A DNA stretch of 64,000 bases from Chloroflexota bacterium (GTDB lineage Bacteria > Chloroflexota > Anaerolineae > Aggregatilineales > Phototrophicaceae). The position numbers and the translations under genes are program-made. The notes below the pieces were generated by a model, which worked only from the letters and a program-made list of their open reading frames with translations, was not told the DNA's origin and searched no databases. How positions within the stretch are numbered: position 1 is the stretch's first letter; each line of letters starts with the position of its first letter. Of this stretch, positions 18,872 to 28,227 are shown piece by piece. Where the stretch lies: positions 5,525-69,524 of the forward strand of contig JACAES010000062.1 in NCBI GenBank assembly GCA_013388735.1, in the 5' to 3' direction.

Positions 18872-19900
18872 ATGACTGACCAACCGGATAAGCAGTTCAA
18901 CAAACCAACATCCCCAGCAGACAAAGCTGAACAGCCGGATACAAAGCCGGCTGTGGATAAAAAACCGGACGAAGCCGCCACCGGCGCGGCGCAGGCCGGC
19001 AAACCGCCTGAAGCAGCGCAAACGTCCGCCGAAGCTGCGGAGAAAAAACAGCCCGCCAACGGCGGCGAACCGGCGCGCCCGCCGGCTGCGTCAGCGCCCA
19101 GGACTGAAAGTCCCGCCCTGCAAGCAAAAAAGCCGGACGCCGACAAAAACGAGGCGAAGCCTGCCGGGAACGACGCGAAACCGGTCGAAAAAACCGACGC
19201 GAAACCGGCTGCCGACCAGGCCGAACCCGCGCCCCAGACCGAAAAGTCGGCCGGCAAACCGCCTGCCGAGGAAACCGCTGCCGGTATTTCGACCGCGCCG
19301 GTCACTGATGCGCTGGCAGCCCCGGCCAAACCGGCGGCCTCTGCCGGGATCATCTGCCCCAGTTGCAGCCATCGCAACCGCCCCGGCCTGCTGCTGTGTG
19401 AAAACTGTGGCACGAACCTGATGACCGGCAAGCAGACTCAGGTCGGCACACGCGACCTGAAACGCGAACAGGAAACCGCCGACCAGGAAGGCGCGCGCCT
19501 GCTGGATACCGGCCAGACCAAAGCGATTGAGAGCGCGGGCGGCAGCGCCTTCACCGAAAACATGGTGCTGCGCGTGGAAATCGAAGGCGCGGCCATGCCG
19601 ATGCTGGTTTATCCCAAAGCTGAAATTATCCTGGGACGGCGCGACCCAAACACCGGCGCGATGCCTGACGTGGATTTAACGGCCTATGCCGGCTACCGCA
19701 TGGGCGTCAGCCGCCGCCATGCCGCCATTCGTTTCCAGGATCGGCAGCTTAACCTGTCCGACCTGGGCAGCAGCAATGGCACATTCCTGAACGGCACGCG
19801 CCTGAACGCGCACCGGCCTTACCAACTGCGCGACGGCGACGAAATTCGCCTGGGGCAAATGGTCTTACGCTTGTTCTTTCAGGCTTCCGGTCGCAAATAG
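18872..19900 (+). CDS. FHA domain protein with double zinc ribbon and low-complexity N-terminus
   Basis: CPSC..CENC; LGRRD, GVSRRHA and DLGSSNGTFLNG FHA motifs. Confidence 0.9.
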   Translation: MTDQPDKQFNKPTSPADKAEQPDTKPAVDKKPDEAATGAAQAGKPPEAAQTSAEAAEKKQPANGGEPARPPAASAPRTESPALQAKKPDADKNEAKPAGNDAKPVEKTDAKPAADQAEPAPQTEKSAGKPPAEETAAGISTAPVTDALAAPAKPAASAGIICPSCSHRNRPGLLLCENCGTNLMTGKQTQVGTRDLKREQETADQEGARLLDTGQTKAIESAGGSAFTENMVLRVEIEGAAMPMLVYPKAEIILGRRDPNTGAMPDVDLTAYAGYRMGVSRRHAAIRFQDRQLNLSDLGSSNGTFLNGTRLNAHRPYQLRDGDEIRLGQMVLRLFFQASGRK

Positions 19901-19914
19901 CCGCTGCGAACGCG

Positions 19915-20316
19915 CTAATAACCCAGAATTTCCGCCACTTCGGAGGCGGCTTTTTTGGTGGCAAACAGGACGTGCGCCATGCGGGCCTGCTTTTGCACCA
20001 GCACGGCCAGCGACGCCCGCCCGGCCGGGTACACCACCATCACCCCTTCTTCGCCTTCCATCAGCAGCCGCTCCAGGTCGCCCTGCGCCAGACGCCCCAG
20101 CGTCCGCTCGGCCAGGCCGATCAGCGTGGCAGACATAGCGGCCACCTGTGGGCTGCTGGTCGGATTCTTGTGTGGGTTTTCGTCGTCTCCCGGCGGGAAG
20201 GCCGCCACCAGCAGGCCGTCAATATTAACGATGACGGTCGCCTTGATTCCCTCAACCGCGTAATGCAGCGTTTTGAGCGCGTCTTCCAACCGTTTTTCGC
20301 GTGTTTCCTGAGCCAT
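19915..20316 (-). CDS. Roadblock/LC7 (MglB-like) domain protein
   Basis: GIKATVIVNIDGLLVA, VAAMSATLIGLAER and G.LERLLMEGEEG pattern; GAGG RBS before the 20316 ATG. Confidence 0.85.
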   Translation of the reverse strand: MAQETREKRLEDALKTLHYAVEGIKATVIVNIDGLLVAAFPPGDDENPHKNPTSSPQVAAMSATLIGLAERTLGRLAQGDLERLLMEGEEGVMVVYPAGRASLAVLVQKQARMAHVLFATKKAASEVAEILGY

Positions 20317-20418
20317 AGCCTCGCTCGAACCCTCTCTGGTGCGTGCGGGTGCATTGATTGACCACCCCACACAGTATAACCAAAAGCCTCTGTCGCCTCA
20401 ACCGGGGCTACAGCCTTT

Positions 20419-21171
20419 TCAACGACCGCGCGCCCGACTCATTTCTTCCGCAAACTGCGCCAGCAGATAGCGTTCATCTTCGGTCAGATTGGCCCTCAGC
20501 AGCAAATCCGGGCGGTTAAGCCAGGTGCGGCGCAATCCCTGCTCCCGCCGCCAGCGCAGAATTTTACCATGATCGCCCTGCTGAAGAATACCGGGGACTT
20601 CCAGCCCCCGGAACACCGGCGGACGGGTGTAGTGCGGCCCTTCCAGGATTCCGTCGGCGTGGCTGTCCTCATCGGCAGCCCAGCAGGCCCCCAGCACGCC
20701 GGGGATGTGCCGCACCACCGCGTCAATCACCACCATCGCGGCCAGCTCGCCGCCGGTCAGCACATAGTCCCCGATGCTGATTTCGTCGGTGATAACCAGA
20801 TCCCGCACCCGGTCGTCTATGCCTTAGTAGCGCCCGCATACCAGCGCCAGGCGCGGGTAAGCCGCCAGTTCCTTCGCTATCCGGTGAGAAAACACGCGCC
20901 CCTGCGGCGTCATCAGGATGACCGGCGTCCCCGGCGGCGCGTCTGCCAGCACATGTTCAACCGCGCTGACGACCGGCTCGGCTTTCATAATCATGCCGCC
21001 GCCGCCGCCATATGGGATGTCATCGGCGGCGCGGTGTTTGTCGGTGCAAAAATCGCGGATGTCGTGCAGCCGCAGTTCCAGCAGGCCGCGATCACGCGCC
21101 TTCCACAGCATACTTTCGGTCATCGGCCCCTGGAACATGGCCGGGAACAGGGTCAGGACATCAATTAACAT
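20419..21171 (-). pseudogene. trmD: tRNA (guanine37-N1)-methyltransferase interrupted by an in-frame TAA at codon 116 (or a sequence error)
   Basis: [73 protein letters not shown]; TAA at 20824-20826 with the same frame on both sides. Confidence 0.88.
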
Positions 21172-21321
21172 GGCAGCGCGGCCTCCGTTCATCATGCCCA
21201 CTGACTCCATTGTAGCTTGCATCCGCGCCGACTGAACAGGATAATAGTCGTGTTTAAGATGAAACGCGGGAAACAATAACGCTTGACGACAAATTCTCCT
21301 CATTAAACGAGACGAAAGCCG

Positions 21322-21681
21322 ATGAAAACCAACATTTATACCATCTGGGTCAAAACCGGCGAAGCACCCCTGGGCGGGACGGACTCGAACGTCTTCATCC
21401 AGCTTTTTGGGACGAACGGGCGCACCGAAGTGCTGCACCTGCCCCCGGAGGACATCTTCGCCTTTGAGTCCGGCAGTACAGACCGTTTCATCCTGGAAGT
21501 GCCAGACCTGGGCGACCTGACGCGCTGCTGCATCGGGCAGGACGCCAGCGCCGACTCCGGCTGGTACGTGGAAACGGTGCGCGTCAAGGACGACGAAACC
21601 GACCGCGAATGGCTGTTCAGCTTCAATCAGTGGCTTGGTCGGGAAGAGTCGGGGCGGCTGTCGGCGTGCGTCGAGTGTTAA
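21322..21681 (+). CDS. stand-alone PLAT/LH2 domain protein
   Basis: YTIWVKTG..GGTDSNVFIQLFG..G..FESGSTDRF..DLGDL..IGQD..GWYVETVRV..F.FNQWL matches the PLAT consensus. Confidence 0.82.
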   Translation: MKTNIYTIWVKTGEAPLGGTDSNVFIQLFGTNGRTEVLHLPPEDIFAFESGSTDRFILEVPDLGDLTRCCIGQDASADSGWYVETVRVKDDETDREWLFSFNQWLGREESGRLSACVEC

Positions 21682-22070
21682 TTTTCCTGGCCGCGCTGCT
21701 GCCGGGCGCGTGCAATTTGCAGCAAGGCACGCCAACGCCCGTGCCGACGCCGGATGCGCCGCAGGTCGAGTTTCGTTTTCCGGTCAACGGCAGCACCATC
21801 CTGGAAGGCGCGGAACTGACCATCGAACTGCTGGCGACCGACCCCGGCAGCGGGGTGGCGCGGGTCGAACTGCTGGTAGACGACGTATTCTACCGCGACG
21901 GCAAGCCGGAAGTCAGCCCATCGGTGCCGACCTTCACCGTCACGATGAACTGGCTGGCGCAGGGCGTGGGACCCCACGCCATGACGGCGCTAGCCTATCG
22001 CCTGGACGGCGTTTCCAGCGCGCCGGAGACGATCATTATCGAGGTGCTGCCCAACAGCGGCACACCCTGA
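21666..22070 (+). CDS. putative lipoprotein with bacterial Ig-like domain
   Basis: VRRVLIFLAALLPGAC lipobox-like signal, PTPVPTP linker, F.FP.NGS..ATD..SGVARVELLVD Ig-like pattern; start codon uncertain. Confidence 0.65.
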   Translation: MRRVLIFLAALLPGACNLQQGTPTPVPTPDAPQVEFRFPVNGSTILEGAELTIELLATDPGSGVARVELLVDDVFYRDGKPEVSPSVPTFTVTMNWLAQGVGPHAMTALAYRLDGVSSAPETIIIEVLPNSGTP

Positions 22071-22080
22071 GGAGCAAGCC

Positions 22081-22464
22081 TTGACCGTTTATTTGCAGCG
22101 CCTCAAAGTCGCGCCCAACCCGGAAGCCCTGACGCCCGGCGAAGCGCGTTATGTTCATGACCACTTCGACGCTTATGCCGGGGAAGTCATCGTCAATCGC
22201 CAACCGATTCCCTGGGACGCAGTTGAAACCGTCGAAGTGGCGCGCGCGGCGCGGGCGACCGGGCCGGCAGGCTGGGTAGTGCGTCATCTGGTGCATGGCA
22301 ACGAACGGTTTCACGTCGGCCTTTATTTCGGAACGCAGGAAGCCGTGCTGCCGAACGTCACCCTGAACGTCGCCCGCTATATCGTCCAGGCCGTCGCCTA
22401 TCATGCCCCGTCCCCGGTCGCTTACAAAGGCCCGGACGGGTTTTCGCCGCTGAAGGAAACCTGA
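22081..22464 (+). CDS. hypothetical protein
   Basis: tightly spaced in the operon (10 nt after the previous stop), GGAG RBS, TTG start. Confidence 0.65.
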   Translation: MTVYLQRLKVAPNPEALTPGEARYVHDHFDAYAGEVIVNRQPIPWDAVETVEVARAARATGPAGWVVRHLVHGNERFHVGLYFGTQEAVLPNVTLNVARYIVQAVAYHAPSPVAYKGPDGFSPLKET

Positions 22465-22467
22465 ACG

Positions 22468-23676
22468 ATGAGCTGGATTCTGCGCGGGCTGCTGGCGCTG
22501 GCGGCGGGCTGCGCGGCGGCTGCGCCCGAACCGGCGGTCGGCTGGCCGGCCGTCACGGTCGGGCAGGCGGAACAGAGCGCCGCGCCGGCGCTGTGGGCAG
22601 ACGCGGAAGGCGTGATGCTGGCCTGGGTCGGCGCCGACGAAACCGGCATCCACCAGGACGCCCGCACGATTATCCCCGGCGGCTTGACGGCGGCGGTCGT
22701 TTTGCCGCTGCCGCCAACGCGCCCTTACGGCCAGCAGCTTTCTGCGGCAGCGGGCAGCGACCGGCATTTGTTATGGCTGGATGCCGACGCTGAGGGGCAA
22801 AACCGGCTCTACGCGGCGGTCATTACCGGCGCGCTGGCGGTCAAACGCGGGCCGACGCCGGTTTCCGCGCAGATCACCCGACGCTACGCCATCCTGCCCA
22901 ACGGCGACGGCACGCTGTGGGTGGTTTCTGGCGGCGGACTGGCGGCTGAACCCGGCCTGTACGCCCACTTTCTTGACCCGGCGGGACGCCCGCGACAGGA
23001 AAACCCCGCGCCCATCGTCACCAACGCCGACTGGCCGTCCTTCATTCAATGGGGTGATGGCGCGGCTGAACTGTTCTGGCGGCAGCCTTCGGACGGGACG
23101 GTGAAACACGCGCCTTTTGCTGTTGAAACCGGGACGCTCGGCAGCCCGGCACCGCTGACTACCCTCAACCTCGCAGCAGGCGACCGGCTGGATAACCTGA
23201 GCGCCGCCCGCGACCACACGCACGGCTACCTGTTCGCCAACATCACCCACGCCGACGGCGAGCGCGAAACCCGGTTCGCCGGCGGTGAGGCCGGCGCGGC
23301 AGACTGGGGCGAAATGCGGCGGCTTGGCATTGCGGTGACAACAGACCACACCTTCGCGGTCAGCTTCAACGCCGGGGCGGTGATGGCCGCCGGGACGGGC
23401 GCGCGGTGGTTAAGCCTAGCCGCGCCGGCGGCGGGCGACTTCGAGAGCCTGCCGGTAGCGGTCATGGCCGGCGACGACCTGGGAATCGTCTACTTCCAGG
23501 GCGGCCAACCTGCCGGTTTTCAGATCATCGCGCCGGACGCGAACCTGATCGGCACGCCGGCACTCCAGGCCGACCGGGAGCGTTTTCTCTATCTGGCCTG
23601 GGCGCAGCCCACCGCCGCCGGCACTGCCGCGCTGCGCCTGGCATCCCTGCGGCTGGCCGGGTGGCTGCCGGGCTGA
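22468..23676 (+). CDS. hypothetical secreted beta-rich protein
   Basis: N-terminal signal-like segment; alternating beta-strand pattern with recurring LAW/LLW motifs; starts 3 nt after the previous stop. Confidence 0.65.
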   Translation: MSWILRGLLALAAGCAAAAPEPAVGWPAVTVGQAEQSAAPALWADAEGVMLAWVGADETGIHQDARTIIPGGLTAAVVLPLPPTRPYGQQLSAAAGSDRHLLWLDADAEGQNRLYAAVITGALAVKRGPTPVSAQITRRYAILPNGDGTLWVVSGGGLAAEPGLYAHFLDPAGRPRQENPAPIVTNADWPSFIQWGDGAAELFWRQPSDGTVKHAPFAVETGTLGSPAPLTTLNLAAGDRLDNLSAARDHTHGYLFANITHADGERETRFAGGEAGAADWGEMRRLGIAVTTDHTFAVSFNAGAVMAAGTGARWLSLAAPAAGDFESLPVAVMAGDDLGIVYFQGGQPAGFQIIAPDANLIGTPALQADRERFLYLAWAQPTAAGTAALRLASLRLAGWLPG

Positions 23677-23699
23677 ATATCCGCTATATGAGCAGTGAA

Positions 23700-23715
23700 T
23701 AAGGTTTTATTAAGA
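23700..23715 (+). promoter_or_regulatory. 11-bp-period direct repeat TAAGG-N6-TAAGA upstream of the GT39-GT2 operon
   Basis: TAAGGTTTTATTAAGA in an AT-rich gap; 12/16 identical to the site at 60919. Confidence 0.4.
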
Positions 23716-23878
23716 AAAAGCTCATAAAGCTTCTCAGAAAATCATTACCTCACTAAAATAATTCAAGAACCTTTTCTAACCCACTTCATTTTCACTCAAT
23801 CTATAACCTTCACAAAGGTTCACCTAACGCTTTGAAAGGCATCTGTAAGGACTGGCGTACTAGGATACGTTTTGTTAA

Positions 23879-25426
23879 ATGCGGCAGGAAACTATGACGA
23901 CCATCGCACAGGCGAAGTTTCAGGCAATACCCCAGGTGCAGTCCCGCATCAGTCTCCAAATGGGACTGGCTGTGCTGCTGTTGGGACTCACGTTCGCCGT
24001 GCGAATCACAAACCTGAACTACAATACCTTGTTTGTGGACGAGGCGATTTACGCCACCATCGGGCAGGAAATCCTGGCGGGCGAGGACTTGCAGGCGGCC
24101 TCCACCTGGATGTTTGGGTCGTATTTTTACCCTGCGGCGGCAGCCATCAGCAGCAATACAGCCGGCATCATCGGGCTGCGCGCCTTGAGTGCCATCCTCA
24201 GCACGACGGCGGCGGTGTTCGTTTTCCTCACCACGCGGCGGCTGTTCGGGATGCAACCCGCGCTCTGGGCGCTGCTGCTCTTCGGCCTGTCCGGGGCCAG
24301 CATCAGCGTTGGGCAGTTCGCCACCTACGATGTGATGGGGCTGCCGTTCCTGGCGATTGCGCTGTACGGCATCGTTTCTGCCGCGCTCACCCGTCACCAG
24401 ACAGCCTTTCTGATCGGGGCAGGCCTGGCCTTCACACTGTCGTTTCTGGGCAAATACATCGCCCTGCTCTACCTGCCGACGCTGGTGTATCTCGGTTTCG
24501 TGATGTTCATCGCCCAGCGAAAACCCATCCGCCCGCTGGCAACCCGGTTTCTGGCGGTGATCGGCCTGATACTGGGCGCTTATGTGCTGTACTTCCTGGC
24601 CGACCTGGGCGAAGTATTCAGCGGCAAACACTCGACCGATGTGGTTGATCGGCTTATCATCCTGCGCGCGATTCTCGAAGAAAACGGGCCGGCTATCCTG
24701 GCTGCCAGCATCGGCGCGTTTTTTATCCCCCGCCGGCTGCTGGGGAACTTCCCCGGCTGGCGCGGGCGTGCGCTGACGGTCGTGGCCGTTCTGGGTGTCG
24801 TGATGGCGGCGCTGGCGCTGCCCGCCTACCATCTGGTTTCATCGAACGTGCGCGCGCTGGAAAAACACGTCGTTTATGCCCTCATCTTCCTGGCGCCCCT
24901 GGCCGGGAACGGCATCGCGGCGCTGGTGGCACGTTTTCAGCACAGTGAACGCCAGCGCGTTTTCAGCGCGATTTTGACCATCGCGGCATTGGTCTGGTTC
25001 ACCAACTTTTCGCTCGACCGCAACTGGAGTTTTCAGAACGGCTGGCCGAACTTCAACAGCTCCATCGAATACCTGCGTGAGAAGGGACTCAGCCCGGATG
25101 ATCTGGTGCTGGCGTCTGGCTCGGCCATCTACGAATACGCATTCGGCTTCGACATCTGGAGCAGTCGCAGAGTCTGGTACAACACCTGGTACATGAAATA
25201 CAAAGACATTGAAGGCGTAGATGCCATGATACTGGCAATCCAGGAACACGCCGTAGATTTTGTCGTCCTGGATGATTATTACACGCCGGAGATGAATCCA
25301 GTTCTGGAGCCGGTTCTGGAAGCTGCGGGATACCGGCAGGATTTTCAGCACCTCGAAGAGCTTGGCAACGGTGATCTAATTCGAATTCGCGTATTTCTGC
25401 CACCAGTAGAAAGCGTGCAGCAATGA
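23879..25426 (+). CDS. GT-C fold glycosyltransferase (GT39/ArnT-like)
   Basis: LFVDEAIY, YFYP, LRALSA and FATYD motifs, multiple TM segments; alternative start at 23894. Confidence 0.82.
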   Translation: MRQETMTTIAQAKFQAIPQVQSRISLQMGLAVLLLGLTFAVRITNLNYNTLFVDEAIYATIGQEILAGEDLQAASTWMFGSYFYPAAAAISSNTAGIIGLRALSAILSTTAAVFVFLTTRRLFGMQPALWALLLFGLSGASISVGQFATYDVMGLPFLAIALYGIVSAALTRHQTAFLIGAGLAFTLSFLGKYIALLYLPTLVYLGFVMFIAQRKPIRPLATRFLAVIGLILGAYVLYFLADLGEVFSGKHSTDVVDRLIILRAILEENGPAILAASIGAFFIPRRLLGNFPGWRGRALTVVAVLGVVMAALALPAYHLVSSNVRALEKHVVYALIFLAPLAGNGIAALVARFQHSERQRVFSAILTIAALVWFTNFSLDRNWSFQNGWPNFNSSIEYLREKGLSPDDLVLASGSAIYEYAFGFDIWSSRRVWYNTWYMKYKDIEGVDAMILAIQEHAVDFVVLDDYYTPEMNPVLEPVLEAAGYRQDFQHLEELGNGDLIRIRVFLPPVESVQQ

Positions 25427-27168
25427 TACAACTGATACGCAAACATCCCCTGATGACAGTCGCGGTGATCGTCATCGTGGTCGCAAATTTCTTTTTGCAG
25501 CGATATTTAAACACGCTGGTGTGGCCGTACCTGTGGCCGCGCCCGGCGATCTTCATCCTGATAGCACTGTTCGCGCTGGCGATCTGGTTCCCCAGGTTTT
25601 TTTCCGGCACATGGGCGCTGCGCATCAGCGGCCTGTGGATGGTCTTCATCGGTGAAAGTTACCTGCTGCACAGCTTCGAGGTGCTGGTCACGCAGTTTTC
25701 CCCGGTTGCGCTCATTCACTTCCTGGGCATCGCCGGCACCTACTCGGTGATGGTCATCAGCTACATCAACCAGGCCCTGCCCAAAGATGACCGAGAAGCG
25801 CCCGACCTGCCGGACGACCTGCCGTATGTGGCGGCGGTTATCCCGACCTACGGCGAGCCGGTGGACATCCTGGAAGAAACCGCCCTGTCGCTGAAGGAAC
25901 TCGACTACCCGCAGGACAGGCTGTATATCTTCATCTCCGACGACGGCCACCGGGAAGAAGTGCAGCGCATGGCCGAGTATCACGGCATCGGCTACAACCC
26001 CGGCGCACGCAAGGACGCCAAAGCCGGCAACCTCAACTCGGCTCTGCAACACCTGGACGAGTTTTTCCCGCAGGCTACACTGATTTTGACCCAGGACGCC
26101 GATGAGGTCATTGACTCCAGCTTTCTGAGAAAAACGGTCGGCTACTTCACCGACCCGGAAATCGCCTTCGTGCAGACGCCCAAAGAAGCGATTGCCCCGC
26201 CCGGCGACCCCTTCGGCGTGCGCGACCGCATCTTCTACGACGTGATTCAGCCGGGGCGCAACGGCAGCGGCGCAGCCTTCTCATGCGGCAGCGGCGTGCT
26301 GTGGCGCATCAAGGCGGTCAAGTCCATCGGCGGTTATGCTACCTGGAACGTGGTGGAAGACCTGACCACCTCGTATTTCCTGCACTGCGCGGGCTGGCGC
26401 TCTGCCTACCACAACGAAGTGCTGACACTTGGCCTGGCCCCGGACGATCTGCCGGGGCTGCTGAAACAGCGCGGCACCTGGGCGGTGGATACCTGGCGGC
26501 TGTTTCTGTTCAAGAACCCCCTGGTCATGCCGGGGCTAAAACCGCGTCAGCGGTTACAGTACCTTGAGCTGGGGCTGTTTTACATCACCTCGACATTTTT
26601 CATGCCGCTGCTGATGCTCACGCCGCTGATCTCGCTGCTGACGGGCCAGTTCGTGCCGATTGAAGGTTCGGCGCTGTTCCCCTGGCTGGTCATCAGCGTG
26701 CTGTATTATGCGTCGCTGGCGCGCGGCTTCCACGAATTCTTCAAGCGCATGTGGCAGTACTGGGTCGGCCACTGCCCCACCTATGCCAAAGCGTTCTGGA
26801 TCGCCATCCGCTCGAAGAACAAAAAACCCAGCTACAAGGTGACACGCAAGACGCGGCAGGCCGGCTTCTACGGGAAGATGATCTGGCCGCAGTACCTCTA
26901 TCTGGCAGTCGGGATTGTCGCCATCGTCAACGCGCTGTTTTTCATGCCGACCGTTGACCTGGGCGCGCGGCTGACCAACATCGGCATCCTGCTGTTTTTC
27001 ATGTACATGGTCAGCGGCATCGTGGAAGCGTCGCTGTACGGCGTGCAGTTCATCGCGCCGCGCCAGGCGCTGGTCAAAATGCGTCGGCGGCTCGCCTATA
27101 CATTTGCCGGGCTGCGCGGCGTCCGCGTCGGCGGCGACTCGGTGCAGTACCCCAGCGGCGCGGACTAA
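25423..27168 (+). CDS. processive GT2 glycosyltransferase, cellulose-synthase (BcsA)-like, no PilZ domain
   Basis: IPTYGEP, SDDG, AKAGNLN, QDAD, QTP, FSCGSG, VED and QRGTW (QxxRW variant); N- and C-terminal TM helices. Confidence 0.85.
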   Translation: MIQLIRKHPLMTVAVIVIVVANFFLQRYLNTLVWPYLWPRPAIFILIALFALAIWFPRFFSGTWALRISGLWMVFIGESYLLHSFEVLVTQFSPVALIHFLGIAGTYSVMVISYINQALPKDDREAPDLPDDLPYVAAVIPTYGEPVDILEETALSLKELDYPQDRLYIFISDDGHREEVQRMAEYHGIGYNPGARKDAKAGNLNSALQHLDEFFPQATLILTQDADEVIDSSFLRKTVGYFTDPEIAFVQTPKEAIAPPGDPFGVRDRIFYDVIQPGRNGSGAAFSCGSGVLWRIKAVKSIGGYATWNVVEDLTTSYFLHCAGWRSAYHNEVLTLGLAPDDLPGLLKQRGTWAVDTWRLFLFKNPLVMPGLKPRQRLQYLELGLFYITSTFFMPLLMLTPLISLLTGQFVPIEGSALFPWLVISVLYYASLARGFHEFFKRMWQYWVGHCPTYAKAFWIAIRSKNKKPSYKVTRKTRQAGFYGKMIWPQYLYLAVGIVAIVNALFFMPTVDLGARLTNIGILLFFMYMVSGIVEASLYGVQFIAPRQALVKMRRRLAYTFAGLRGVRVGGDSVQYPSGAD

Positions 27169-27201
27169 CGACCGGCCCGCCGGGGCATCTGGTTTGCATG
27201 A

Positions 27202-27231
27202 GAGCGGGCGCAAATGCCCGCTCATTTGTTT
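27202..27231 (+). terminator. intrinsic terminator after the GT2 gene
   Basis: GAGCGGGC-GCAAAT-GCCCGCTC followed by ATTTGTTT. Confidence 0.65.
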
Positions 27232-27259
27232 GCAGCAGAACAGGCATCGCCGATTTTCA

Positions 27260-27309
27260 GCCCTTTTCGCCTGAATTTGGGAGGGAAGGGTTGGGATGGG
27301 ATGAGAGGG
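27260..27309. repeat. degenerate REP-like element
   Basis: TGAATTTGGGAGGGAAGGGTTGGGATGGG resembles TGAATTCGGGGGAGCGGGGTTGGGGGTGAGG at 13985. Confidence 0.45.
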
Positions 27310-27318
27310 TCTATCCGC

Positions 27319-28227
27319 TTACCCCGGACGGAAGAACACGCGGTACGAACTGATGGCCTGGTCGCCACCCTCGGTCACACACGGCGCGGCCACCAACGGC
27401 TGCGTAGTTGGGTCGGAGCGCCCCGGCATTTCGACGGTGTACCCCTTGCCCGCCTCCATCTGGAAATCGGCATAACCGGGGCCGCGTTCCGGCTTTAAAC
27501 CGGTGAAGAACGTATCCTCACCTTCGTCCCAGCGCACGCGCGCGGCCTGTCCCGGCACACCCTGACCGTTCGAGTCCTGCACGAAAACCTCGATCAACCC
27601 GGAACTGTCCAGCGCGCAAAACGTGTTGATGGCCGCCACGATGTAATCACTCTGCGGCTGCGCGGTGGGCGCGATCACACGCGGCGGCGTCGGCGAAGGC
27701 CGCAGCGTGGTTTCCGGCGTGGGGGTTTTGCTGGCCGGGGGCAGCGGTGTGGGCGTGGGCAGGTCAATCACCACCTGCGGCGTGGCCTGGTCTTCAAACG
27801 GAATCAGCGAATCGGCACAGCCGGAGCGCCCTTGCAGCCGGTAAAACTGCATCAGGCTGCGAATGGCGCGCAGACCGCTGCTGGTGCTGGCATAGCCGGT
27901 GGTTGCCAGATCGCAGGCCACGTCGGCCACTTCCTGAATCGGGTCTGCCTGCGGGCGCAGCTCGACCAGCCGTTGAATGGCGCGATCCAGATTGCTGTCA
28001 TAAGCAAAACCGAGCGCCACGCCAACGATGTACTGGGCGCGGTCGGACGGCTGAAGCTGCCAGGGTTCGGTATCGTATTCGACGCGGGTATCCAATACCC
28101 AGGCATAAAACAGCCCCGCGCCGATGCCCAGCGCCACACCGATCAGCAGGCCGATCCACGACAGCTCGCGGCGCGGTCGACGGTATTTGCTGCGACGGGA
28201 AAGACCTTCCGTTTTGTAATCGTCCAT
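27319..28227 (-). CDS. hypothetical membrane-anchored protein with Pro/Thr linker and C-terminal beta domain
   Basis: single TM WIGLLIGVALGIGAGLFYAW, PTPTP linker; N-terminal domain paralogous to the upstream gene. Confidence 0.75.
   Translation of the reverse strand: MDDYKTEGLSRRSKYRRPRRELSWIGLLIGVALGIGAGLFYAWVLDTRVEYDTEPWQLQPSDRAQYIVGVALGFAYDSNLDRAIQRLVELRPQADPIQEVADVACDLATTGYASTSSGLRAIRSLMQFYRLQGRSGCADSLIPFEDQATPQVVIDLPTPTPLPPASKTPTPETTLRPSPTPPRVIAPTAQPQSDYIVAAINTFCALDSSGLIEVFVQDSNGQGVPGQAARVRWDEGEDTFFTGLKPERGPGYADFQMEAGKGYTVEMPGRSDPTTQPLVAAPCVTEGGDQAISSYRVFFRPG

Noticed and set aside
20824-20826. Programmed recoding (selenocysteine, pyrrolysine or readthrough) of the trmD stop
   Set aside because: The codon is TAA, not TGA or TAG. 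No recoding element is visible, other genes in the window use TAA as a normal stop, and the position requires Glu.
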